From positions 20,770,001-20,834,000 of the forward strand of contig NC_043016.1 in the NCBI RefSeq assembly GCF_006345805.1: a stretch of 64,000 nt of DNA. The letters run 5' to 3'. Numbering within the stretch: position 1 is the first letter of the stretch; each line of letters opens with the position of its first letter. Below, piece after piece: positions 25,857 to 38,669 of this stretch. Origin of the DNA: Octopus sinensis (taxonomy: Eukaryota). The position numbers and the translations under genes are program-made. The notes beneath the pieces are model-generated. The model was not told the origin of the DNA. It did not search any database and worked only from the letters and a program-made list of their open reading frames with translations.

Positions 25857-26140
25857 TACACGCATTTTTAAAAATACAGCTCCATATTAAGCATGATTAG
25901 TTTAAGGAGATTATTTTATGTGGGATCATGTATTTTTATATTTTTTCCATTTATTATATTGACTAATGGTTACCCAGTTTTTGGTTTATTTATTTTTCTT
26001 ATATTATTTTTTTACAGGGTGTGAAACCCTTTTGGAACGAGGTATGACCAATTTCATGCTCAAGGCAAAATGTGAGCTTTCTCACAACCTACTCTGATCA
26101 TAGTTACTTTTCCCACTTTTTACAGGTGAGCCTTTTCCAT

Positions 26141-26189
<49 letters not shown>

Positions 26190-26393
26190 TCCTTTAAGTA
26201 TGTGAATTGAAATGATTAAAATGTAATTCTTTGAAACACACTCAAGTTTATCTTTCTTAAGGATCAATATTTTCCTTTTCCTAGATATGTAATTTATTTT
26301 TCTTTTGTAGTAACATGACCCATTGTAATCTTTGAGATCTGATCTCTAGTTTCTCATCTTTAAGATCAACTTTTTTTTTTCTTTTGTTTGCAG

Positions 26394-26670
26394 GTGTGAA
26401 CTTTCAAAACAATATCTGGGTTTTAACTCTTTTTTTTATGCTCAACAAACACTTTTTACCAGACTGTAAAACTCTTGAAGTGAGACATGATCCACTCTAA
26501 AATTAACTCTGCACACTGACCAACTGTTTTTTTTTTCATGCACATATACATACCAACACAAGATATATGTATCACTCTAACAACACACACACACTCTTAC
26601 ACATATCCCCTCCCACTTTCTCACTTCTTCACCATATATATATATATTTGTACATACATATACAACAAAT
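26394..26670 (+). other. ANKRD50: Probable 5' UTR part of the giant first coding exon (implies an unidentified upstream non-coding exon)
   Basis: Strong polypyrimidine tract plus CAG at 26371-26393, followed 277 nt later by the ATG (A at -3). Confidence 0.5.
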
Positions 26671-29600
26671 ATGTCTCATTGCCTTCTCCAAGGTAAGCGC
26701 TTCTATGGGCGTGAATGGGCCTATGCAAAGATCCTCAGCTCACTTGAACGCCATGAAGGGGCAATATCTTCTTCATCTGTTGTAGTTGCCCATAGTAACA
26801 ATGAAATTGAATCTGTGCACCATCCAGGAGGAGAACATGCCCTGACAACAGCAGCGGCAGCTGCCCCAGGAGGTGGTGTGTTAGTTACTGGGGGAGCTGG
26901 GTGTGGAAAGTCTGCACTGCTCTGTGAACTGGTGTGGCCAGCTGGTGGTGCCACAACAGCTACAGGATCGAACAGTGATAGTGGCAGAGACCGAGATGGC
27001 TGGGTCATGGTTTCAAACTCTACTGTAAGCAATGTTGGTATTGGTGGTGTTGTTTATGGTTCTGGGATCAGACCTGGTGTCGGATTTGGCTCTAATGATG
27101 GTGATAGTGGTATTGGATCCACTCGAGACAGAGATAGAGACAGGCATGGACGGGTTGCAGTTTCAAATCCACCTTTAAGTAGTTCTGTTGCTTGTGTTTC
27201 TGGGACCAGACCAGGTGTTGTTAATGTTGCTGTTGGGGGTGGCTCCAGTGCTAGGTTTGGTTCCAATGATGGTGATAGTGGTATTGGAAACAGTAGATGT
27301 AAAGATAGAGATACTCAGGTCACAGTTTCAAATTCTGGTCCCATTGTTGGAGGTGTTGGTAATGTCATTTGTCATCCTGGATTTGGCTCTAACGATGAAG
27401 ACAGTGGTACTGGATCCACAAGAAATAAGGATAGCCGTATCACAGTTGCTGGTGGAGGTGTTATCCGTGGTCCTGGGATTCGATCGGGTGTTGGATTCAG
27501 CTCCCCTGATGGTGATAGCGGAACTGGACCAAGTAGAAATAAAGAAACAGGTACTGGGATTCCTGTTTCAAATCCAGGTGATAGCAGTGGTGGCTATGGT
27601 GATGTCAGTTGTGGAATTGACAAAGACAGAGATGGCCACCGCATCACAGTTTCAAATTTAGCCACTGATGGTAGCAGTGGAGTTTGTGGAAAAGGAACAG
27701 AAGAAGGGCCAGGATGGCGACAACAGCAGCGAGGAGAAGGGAAAGAAGGAAGAAGAGATGGAAGTAGTGGAGGTGGAGGAGGACGTTTCAATCCCAGTTG
27801 TGTCCCTACCTTTGTCTGTGTCTCAGCTGATGCGGCTGCAAAGACAACAACAGGTGGTGATGATGAGCTCAGCATGAACACCACATCAACAAACAACAAC
27901 TATGATCACAGCATGAAGCTCACAACATCACCAAAAAATAACGATGACATTAGCATGAACGTCACATCACCAAACAACAATGATGACCTAAGCGTGAAAA
28001 CTACATCATACCCCAAAAACATTAATCTTTGCATGAACACCACGGCAGCAAACAACAATGATGATGAGGTCAGCATGAGTGCCACAACTTCACCAAAGAA
28101 CAATAATCCTACTGTGAACACCACTAATTCAACAAACAACAATGATGAACTCAGTATAAATGCTACACCAGGAAGGAATAACGATGGTGTTATTATGAAC
28201 ACCACATCACCAGCAGATGACTCCAAGTCCTCAGTGAAAGTAACCACTGTTACTTCCACTGAATCCAACACCATAAATAATGCAATTCACACTCAACCTC
28301 ACACACAAACTCAACCCCACAGTCACCCTTATCATGCTCAAACTCAAACTCACACTCAACCCAAGCCTCACATTCAGTCTCAGTCTCATGTGCAATCTCA
28401 GTCTCACACTCACGCGCATGCTCATCCTCGCCCTCACAGGTCATGTGTGCCTTCACGTTGCTGCTGCTGTCGGCGCTGGCGTTGTTATAACAACACTACC
28501 ACCACGACCAACAACAACAATGATAACAACAACAACAACAACAACAACAACAATAATGATGATGACGATAATGATGATGATGGTGTTGGTGATGGTGATG
28601 ATGTTGATGATGATATGACCAACCTGAATTCACTGCAGGATTCACCACCACCACTACCAGGAGCATCACTGTCCACACCAGTACTACCACAGCCTTCTAC
28701 TGTTTCCTCACCCCTTCCACTGAATGTGTGGCATGAACCTCTTGTCAATACTACTGCCGCTACTTCTGCGCTGTCCCCACCAGTGCCACCAACAACGGTC
28801 CGCACCACCTTAGCAGGCCCAGCAGCTGCATCGTCTCCCCTAGTGACAGGGTCTGTGGCCCCACCAGAGGAGGGCAAAATGAAAAGGCAGCATGCCTTAA
28901 ACAGGCGTGTGCTTGCTTATCACTTCTGCCAAGCACATGATGCACGCACACTGTCGCTCTCAGGCTTTGTGTTGAATGTCGTCGAGCAGATCAGGAGATC
29001 TAACCTGATTGAGGGCTATGCTGAGTTTCTTGAACATGCCATGGCAGAAATTGATGACAAGGTAACATGTTGTGCCAGTGGATGTAGTAGTTGTTGTTGT
29101 GGTGATGGTGGTGGTTGTAGTAGTTATAATTGTTATAGTACTGGTTGTGGATTTTGTTGCTATAGCAACAAAAATGACAATGGTGATGACAATGGTGGTG
29201 ATGACAGTAACAATGATGGAAACCATGATGATGAATATTATTACTGCAGTCATAATGTGAATGATGATGATGACAACGGTGAAGAGGAAAAAGTAGAAAA
29301 ACATGTTGATCAAAATGTTGCCAATCACTGTTGTCACAGAGATGAAGATAGAGATGATGACGATGGAAATGAAGAATCAGTCACCATAGCAACAAGAAAT
29401 AAAAATAAACAAATGGAAATGACAGCCCCAATGGCACAATATGGGCTTGGAGAACATGAACAACAGCAACAAGCAGCAGACAAAAAAGAAGTAGAAGATG
29501 ATGATGATGAGTTGTTATTTGGGACAAGAGATTATTTTGTTTTGGAGAATAGACATGATTATGACGATCAAGCTGCTGGGGTTGAGGTTAATACTGGAGT

Positions 29601-32600
29601 AGGGTTTGAAGAAACATCTAGAGCCAATGATTTTGCTGCTCTCGGGTTGTGTGTGACACGGAAGAATGGACATGGCCAAAACAACAGCCATTGGATGACA
29701 GGCAAGAGTGAGAGTAATGTCAAGAATGAGAAGTTAGGTAATAGTAAGACTGTGAAAGGAATGGTTAACACTGGTGTGGATCAAGTTCAGACAAAAGATG
29801 TTTTGATGCCACCAACACAAGATTCATCACATGAGGTGTTAGCATTGGCAGCAAAAGAGGCGCCTGGAAAGAAAATCAAGGTACAAGAAGAAAAAAAGAA
29901 AGAAATGGAGAAGAGGGATAAGTTGCATTTGAAGAAAGAAATAGAACAGGAAGATAAGAAAAAGATAAAGAGAGACAAGCAGCAGTTGAAGAAAGAGACC
30001 GAACTGGAGAAGAAAAAGATAAAGAAGGACAAAGTACAAGTAAAGAAAGAAGTGAATGAAAAGAAGGAAAAACTGCAAGTGAAGGAGAAAGAACAGGAAA
30101 AGAAAAAAAAAGTTGAGGAACAAGTGCTTGAAGACGACAACAATGACCGCCAACATCACCAAAATGATGAGGATGTTCTTAATCCTATTACGACATCTAA
30201 GGTGCCTCCCCATAATTCTGACAATATAGCGGTGACAACATTGACAGCATTGGAAGAGAAAATGGAGTTAAACAAGGAAGATAAGAATAAAAAGATGGAA
30301 AACAATACAGGACTGAGCCCAAGGAGGGAAAACATTAAGAAAAAATGCAGTAGTAGTAGTAGTAAAACTTGTCGTAATTGCTGTAGTGGAAGTTGTCTGG
30401 CAGTTCATTCTAACAACAATTCCAGCAACAGTGACAGGGACCAGAGCATATTGCCAACTGCTGCCTACCTTCGAGCAGAAACGATTGAGAGTGATGCAGT
30501 TGAGGCATTCCGCCGTCTTGTGCTGTTACCACTTTCCACAGTTGTATCACCACCGCCACATAGCCTCCTCTTGGTTGTCGATGCACTTGATGAATCTTTC
30601 TTGCGTCCTGGTTGGTTAGCACCTCCCGACGATGCTAGCGTTAGTGTTGTTGATGATGACAGGGACCATGTTAGAGATAACAGTTTGCAAGGCCAACAAC
30701 ATCATCACCGTCAACAGCAGCTGGGGCAGAGTAACAACAGCTGTTGTCAACACCACGGCAACTGTAATCATCATCGTCGTCATCGTCGTTGTCCTCCTCA
30801 TCAGCATCATCATCCTCATCATCATTATCCCCATCACAAACATGGAAATTGCCATCACCAAACTAACACCAACATTGGTGTTGTAGTGGAAGGGGGCAAA
30901 CATTCTTGTGATGACCCTAATCATCATTATCATCATCATCATCATCATCACCATTGTTCTTATAGTCATCATCATTATTGTGGCAATTGTCATCATGGTA
31001 ATGGTGATAATAATTATTATGGTGATGGTGTTGGTGGTGGTGGTGGTGGTGGTGGTGGTGGTAATGATCTTGAAAAAGAGAAGATAGTAGTTGTAAAAGA
31101 TGAAAACATTAACGATGATGTAAAGATGGTAGAGGATAAAGTGAAACAATTTCAAAATTTAGAGAACGAATATGATGCTTATAAGGGTGAGGATAGTTAT
31201 TTCGTTGATAGTAGAAAGAAGACCGAAGAGAACAAAAAGAAAGTAGCACTAGTGGATAATAAAGCGAAACATTTAGTAAAATTAGAGGATAATTATGCTG
31301 ATTGTAAGGTTGAAGGTTTTGATGTTTATAATGATAAAAAGAAATTAGAAGAGAAAAAGAAAGAGAAATTGAAGATGGTGGATCATAAAACAAAATGTTT
31401 GCAGAACATAGAGAATGACTATGATGATTATAAAGGTGAGAATTATTATTATGATGGAAGTTGGAAGAAAGAAAAAACTGAGAGAGAGGAGGAAATGAAA
31501 AACTTTAGAAAGGATGAGCATAAAGTGAAATGTTTGAAGAATGTAGAAAGTGATTATGATGTTTATAAAAGTGAAAATTTTGGAGATGGTGATGATGATG
31601 GTGGCGATAGTGGTGGTGATGATGATGATGATCGTGATCATGATGATGATCATGATGATAATGTTGTTGATAATGACTCTAAGAATAGAACAGAAAAGAT
31701 GAAAAAGAAGAGACTGAAAATGGTAGATCATAAAGCAAAATATTTACAGAATTTAGAGAAAGATTATGATGATCGTAAGGGTGAAGATTATTATTATGTT
31801 CGTAAGAAAAAAGATAGGAAAAAAACAGAGGAAGAAGAAGAAGACGAAATTAATAGGAAGCTAATTATGTTAGCAAATAAGACGAAATGCTTGACAAAAG
31901 TACAAGATTACTATGATGATAGTAAAGGTGATCATGATTATAATAATGATTATTTGTATGATGATGGGAAGAAGACAGAAGTAGACGATAAAAAAAAGAA
32001 ACAGAAAGGAAAGACATGGAATGATTATGGGAATTATAGTGGTGGTTATGATGATGACGATGATGATGGTGATGATGATGAGGAAGAGGATGATAATGGA
32101 AAGAAGACTAAAGATGAGAAAAAGCAGAAGACTGTGGAGGATAAATCAAAACATTTGCTAAATGTGGATGAGTATAATGATTATTATAACGATTATTGTG
32201 ATTATTATTATGATGACGATATTGATGATGATGAGGATGTTGATGATGATGTGGATGATGTTAGGATGAAGAGAGCAGAAGAGGATAAGAAGATAGAGAA
32301 AGAAGAAAAGAAAAGAAAACTGAAGTTGCAAATTGACCGGGACAAAGTGAAATGTTTGGCAAATGTAAAAGATGATTATAATGATGATGACAATTATTAT
32401 TATTTGGAGGATGAAAATAAGAAGGATAAAATAAAAAGGCTGGAGGAATTAGAAGTTAAGAAAAAAAAGCAAATGCTGAAGATTTACCAGGACAAAGTAA
32501 AGCATTTGCCAATTGCAAAAGATGGTTATGATGATGATAATGATGATTATTATTATGATAGTAAGAAAAAAGAAGAAATAAAGAAAGCAGAAGATCAAGA

Positions 32601-35600
32601 AAATAAGAAAAAGCAAAATCTAAAATTGGGCCAAGACAAAGTGAAGCGTTTGCCAAATGCAAAATATGATTATGATGATGAAGTTGATGAGTATTCTCAC
32701 TATAAATATCATGATGAAGAAGAGAAAAAGATGATAGAAGATGAAAAGAAAAAGAAAAGTCTGGCTGTGAACAAGGAGAAACCTAAGCATTTGCTAAATG
32801 CAAAAGAGGATGAAGATTTTGATGAAAATGATGATTATTATTGTTATTATCATAATGAGGAACAGAAGAAAGCAGAAGATGAAGACATGAAAAAACTGAA
32901 GACAGGTAAGTTCAAAGCAAAACATTTACTGATGGCAGAAAACGATGAAGACGATAGTTATTATTGTCATGATGATGATAATGATGATGATGATGATGAT
33001 GATGATGAAGACTATTATTATTATTGTTATAGAGATGGAGATGGGGAAAAGCAACAGCAGCACCATCATCTTCATAAATCCAACATGAGTCAGTTGGTAA
33101 ATCATGATGAAGAAAAATCAGAGACAAGCCCTTACCACCAACAAGAAAAACAACAAAAACAACAGCAGCAACACCATTTACAAAGGCCAAGTTCAGGTCA
33201 AGCAGTGAATTATTCTCATCAGAATGACAACAACAAAGAAGCAGAAACAGGAACAAAGGGTAGCCCTTCTCGGCGACAACAACGTCAACACTACTTATCT
33301 GGGATTCGAACATCAACCTCAGAATCAAAAGGCAAAACAACATCTGTTTTATCCAGGATTCAAAGCACAACTTCAACACCAGGAAAAACATCAAAAAGTA
33401 GCGGGACTCGAGTGTCAACTTCAGAAACACAGACAAAATCAAAAACAGCTTCTCCTTCTGCTTCTAGAATTCGAACTTCTGCAGCAAAGACAGCATCATC
33501 TCCATCAGTGACCAGGATTCAAAACCCAACATCAGTAACACCAGAAAAGACAAGAAAAACAAAAAGAACAGCCTCTCCACCTGTTGCCCCTGGTATTCAA
33601 ATCTCATCATCACAAACAACAACTAAAACAACAGCAACATATACTGTGCCTGGGATTCAAAAACCAATCTCAAAACAACAAACTACAGAAAGCACAGCTA
33701 CGTCATCCACACCTCCAATGCCCGGAATTCAGGCTTCTCCTTCAACAACAATACCTACACCCAATCAAACTATTAGTACAATTGCTGAGCTACTAGCTGC
33801 CACACGATCACTGTTTCCCGATTGGTTATTCCTTCTTTGCTCAGCACGTGAGCATTGCAAACCTGTGACAAAACTCTTTGCTGGTTCTGGTCTACGTCGT
33901 ATTGCACTCGACGATCTCCGCCGCTCACATGTAGTGCGTGATGTTCAGCGATACATCCTGTGCCGGTTAGATGCTGAGCCAGCTTTACGGCGCCATCTCA
34001 GCCGGCAGGCGGCACACACACTCAACCAACTACACATCAAGAGCAATGGCTGCATGCTGTACCTAGAGACAGTGCTTGATGGAGTTGCCGATGGCTCAGT
34101 GAGTCTGGCTGAAGTGCGACACATTCCACCTACACTTAATGGCCTCTACCTGTGGCTCTGCCAGCGTCGCTTTGCCCATGCTCCACGTCGCTTTGCTGAA
34201 GCACGCCCTCTGCTTGATGCTGTACTTGCAGCTGCTGCTGCTGCAGCACGACCTCTCACCATTGACCAGCTCTATTTGTGTGCTGTTGTACGTGATGCCC
34301 ATCTCACTCGCCATGACTTTGAGCGTCGGCTTGCTTCATTGTCTCGTCTGCTTGTTGGTATTCGTGTGGGAGAAGAGGGTAGTGTAGATGTTCTGCAAGA
34401 AGTCATACATCAACAGGTGCGGGGATCCACTGGCAGTCTAGAAGAAAATGGGCATCGTGGCCTAGAGCCTTGGCCCACCAGAATGGTAGGCCGAACTGGT
34501 TTGGCAGAATGTGGGCGTGGACTCTTAAAATCTCGTGCTGCCCAGTTAAGGAGACTTGGCAGTTTGGAGGATGTTGGGCGTGACCGCAAGGAACCTAGAA
34601 TCACTCAGCCAGCAGAGATTGGCAATCTGGAAAATGTGAAGCATAGCCATACAGAACCTAGCTTTGCTAAGCTCAGAAGTGTTGGTGTCCAAGAAGAGAA
34701 TGGGCATGATCACATACCACCCAATACCGTCCATACCCATCTAAGAGGTATAGACAGCCTTGAAGATGAGGAGCCAAGTTTGAAGGAATCTGGGCATGGT
34801 GACACCAAACTTCCTCTTGCTCAAATGGCAAGTCATATGCCAAAGTCTACCACCACTGATGCCGTAACTATTCCCTCTTACTCTAGTTATTCTACTACCT
34901 CCTGCCAACCCTTCTGCAATTTTTGTTCTCATCATTCTTGTTCTTCATGTGCTTGTTCTAACATTGCACCTTGCTTCAGCACTACCAATACTACTACTAC
35001 AAGACCTGCTACTTCTGTGCCGACAGCATCTCCTAGTCATCATTATTGTCACAATCATTACAGTTATCATCCTTGTCATCATAATCATCGCAAGAGCTAT
35101 CAGCATTGTCATTGTTGTCAGCATTTCAGCAAATTGCCTTCATCATCGAGTTTCTGGTCTTCACCATGGTCATCATGGTCAGCACTCAATCTAAATCTGA
35201 CTTTCAACAGTGATGGTCAAGTATCATCTAGTCTTGGCTCTTTGTCTGGGTCAGTAATAAGAGGAGATTGGAGAGCAGCTGTAGCGAGAGGAGATAGAGA
35301 AGGTAGATTGGGGGAGGTGGTTGTATCGTCACGGGGAGAAGAAGCTGGAGTGGGAGAATTAAATGGTAGAGGAGCTGGAAGAGGTATGGGAAGATTAGGA
35401 GAAAGTAATAGAAGAGGAGAAAGTAGAAGGCTAACATCATCAGTGATGGCTGCTCCACATCGACGACAACACCACTACCATGAAGTACAACAGCAACAAT
35501 ATCATCAAAATCACCAAAAGCAATACCACCCTGACCAACACCATCACGTCCCTTTATGTCAAAGTAATAAATCCAATCAGCATCTCTCCTCAGCACAGTT

Positions 35601-36864
35601 ATATGAAAGTTCACCAGCATGCATCTTTTTCCATCACAGCTTTGCTGAATGGCTTCTTGATGTGAAACACTGCACACCAAGGTTTCTGTGTTCAGCTGGT
35701 GAAGGTCATGGAGCACTTGCTCTGGCCATGATGGCTTCAACATCACTCATGATTCCTAGTAAATGTCCGTCTCTGGTGCCAAACAATGGCCAGTTAGTTA
35801 AAAATATTAATGGTAGCAGATGTTGGAGAAAGACAGATGTAGGACAATACCATCAATCAGCCCGGAGTTGTGGTCATAATCGTGGTTGGCTTACTGCAGC
35901 CGAGGTGCAGGAACTTGGCTGGCATCTTGTTCAAGCCAAGTTTCCTCCTTTGGGAATGGCAACAACATCAACAACAACAACAGTAAATGTTTCCACCAGT
36001 GGTGTTGCACGTTCTCCAATGGTCACCACCACCAACACTGTTACAGCCACTGCAACGACCTCTCTCCCATACCTGCTGAATCAAACTACCAGCATGCTAG
36101 CTGGACAGGGTTCAACCTCTGCTAATACAGCCGATACTGTTCTTGCCCCACCCCCACCTTGTCATGACATTATTTCCCCATCCGTCCATAAGGGAATCCT
36201 TACCACTGCAAGTCCTATGACAACTACTATTGCAGAAGCCAAACCAAAACCGACAGCAATAACTACATCAAAACAACACCGCCTTCTACACCTCAAGCAA
36301 CAATATCAACATCAACACCAACATTACACCCAACAATTACAACAGCAACCAAATTCATTGCAGGGTCACATGACTCACCATGAGCATCTTGTGCTCTGGC
36401 TGCTTGCATCAGGTATCAACCTGGAAAACTGTTTACGAATAGGAATTCCAGCAGACCAGAGATTGCTGCATCTTCTCGTAGATGCAGGAGCAACAGCCAC
36501 AAGGTCTACCCCTGACAACACATCTGACAGTGACTTTGACCACTGCTCCTGCAATCATGTTGCAACTCATTTTGCAGTTGAGACTCACTATCATAGTGAC
36601 GACAACAAAAATACCTGTACTGATAGGACTGTTGACATCGAACACAGGACTCATTACCTTGATAGTGACACACCTTTCAATGACAGTCATTACATGGATG
36701 ATGATGCCACATGTGCAGCTGTTATTGATGAAGCCATCAACGATGTCACCTCTACCAAAGGAAGATCCGATATCAGAATTGATGCAGGTAGTTTTCAGAA
36801 ATTATCCAACAGACCTGTACACTATGCTGGAGATCATCAAGAAAATGGAAAAATTCCTGGAAAG
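26671..36864 (+). CDS. ANKRD50: ANKRD50 orthologue, coding exon 1 (3,398 codons): N-terminal P-loop/NACHT-like domain fragmented by low-complexity inserts
   Basis: Blocks match recalled vertebrate ANKRD50 in order: LLQGKRFYGREW; Walker A GGAGCGKS (26890-26913) + ALLCELVWP; VLAYHFCQAHD; EAFRRLVLLPL; Walker B LLLVVDALDE; LFPDWLFLLCSAR; LDDLRRSHVVRDVQRYIL; LNQLHIKSNGCMLYLE; TLNGLYLWLCQR; FHHSFAEWLLDVKHCT; LLVDAGA. Phase-0 donor AAG|gtaagc after 36864. Upstream acceptor (T)n-gcag at 26393. Confidence 0.92.
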
Positions 36865-37573
36865 GTAAGCAAAAATTTTCATTTCCATACTTATGTATGA
36901 GGCAGTCCCTTTATGTGTAACATTCCTCTCTTTGAACTTGAAGATCTGTTGTTATTTCATATTCAATACCATCTTGTTTTCCTTCTCTTCTTCTTGTCCT
37001 TTTCAATTTGTTGTAAATTGTTTATAATATTTGCTTATAACAAGGCAATCAGCTGGTAGAATCATTAGCACACTAACTAAAATGCTTAGTAACATTTCAC
37101 CTGTCTTCACATTCTGAGTTCAAATTTTGCCAAGGTCAACATTGCATTTCATCTTTTGGGGTTGATGTAATTGATTTATACCCACCCCAAAATTGTTTGG
37201 CCTTGTGCCAAAATTTGAAATCAATATTTGCTTATAAATTGTATATTAGATTCCAACTACTTTTACATTGTTTTCAAAGCTAATTATTTTTTGGTTTACA
37301 AACTTTTTAAAATTATAAAATAAAAACTACATATATATATATATATATAAGCACAGGTGTGGCTATGTGGTAAGAAGTTAACTTTCCAATCACATGGTTT
37401 TGAGTTCAGCCTCACTGCAAGGCACCTTAGGCAAGTGTCTTCTACTAAATGTCCAGCCTTGTGAGTGGATTTAGTAGAAGGAAACTGAAAGAAACCCATT
37501 ATATATGTGTGTTTGTGTGTGTATGTATTTATATATATGTATGTGTATGTGCATGTATATATAAATGTATATG

Positions 37574-37611
<38 letters not shown>

Positions 37612-38669
37612 TGTGTGTGTAGAATTGTAAGGCAATGACAAGTGACCAACACCTTTGGAGATATGCCATGCTTGAGCAGACCCAGCATGTCAAATGAGAC
37701 TGTAGTTATGGCCAATGCCAGTGTCGCATAACTGGCCCATTTGAAAAAGCACCCTTTAATCGTTGGGCAATATGCTGTGCTTGTGAAGATCTGTTGAACT
37801 GAGTGACTTGCACCCATGCTGGTGGCATGTAAAATGTACCATATGAGCATGACCGACACCAGTGCTGCCTGACTGGCACCTATGCCAGTGACATGTAAAA
37901 CACATCATTTGAGTGTGGGTAATGCCAGTGCCACCTGACTGGCACTTGTGACAGTGGGATGTAAAAAGCACCATTTTGAGTATGGTCGATGCCAGTGCTG
38001 CCTAACTGGCTTCTCTACTGGTGGCACATAAAAGCATCCACTATACTCTCAGAGTGGTTGGCATTAGGAAGATCATCTAGCTGTAGAAACTTTGCCAAAT
38101 CAGATTGGAGCCTAATGCAGCCTCCTGTTTTATCAGTTCTCAGTCAAACCATCCAACCTATGCCAGCATAGAAAGCAAATGTTAAACGATGATGATGACG
38201 ACAATGATATATATATATATATACATACCGATGTGTGTGTTTTTATTTGTGTTTGTCCCCCACAGTTGCTTGACAATTGATATTGGTTTGTTTATGTCTC
38301 TGAAACCTACTGGTTCAGCAAGGGACTGATAGGATAAGTACCAGATAAGTACTGACATCAATTCATTCAGCTAAAACCCTTCAAGGTGGTGCCTCATCAA
38401 GGCCCCAGTCAAATGACTGAAACAAGTAAAAGAATAAAAAATATTATCATCATCATTTAATGTCTACTTTCCAATGCTTTCATGGATCAGATTGAATTTG
38501 TTGAAGTAAATTTTTCTAAAACTCGATGTCCTCCCTGTCACGAACCCTCACCTTTTACCATGACCAAACATATTTTTCTACAGAAACATGAAAGCAAACA
38601 ACAATGCTTGTATTAAGGTGATTTACATTTACAATCATTACATGATGTCAAAACAAGGGTACATATATA

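Noticed and set aside
26721-36868. Numerous antisense and alternate-frame ORFs over exon 1
   Set aside because: Shadows of triplet-repeat, biased coding sequence; no independent motifs.
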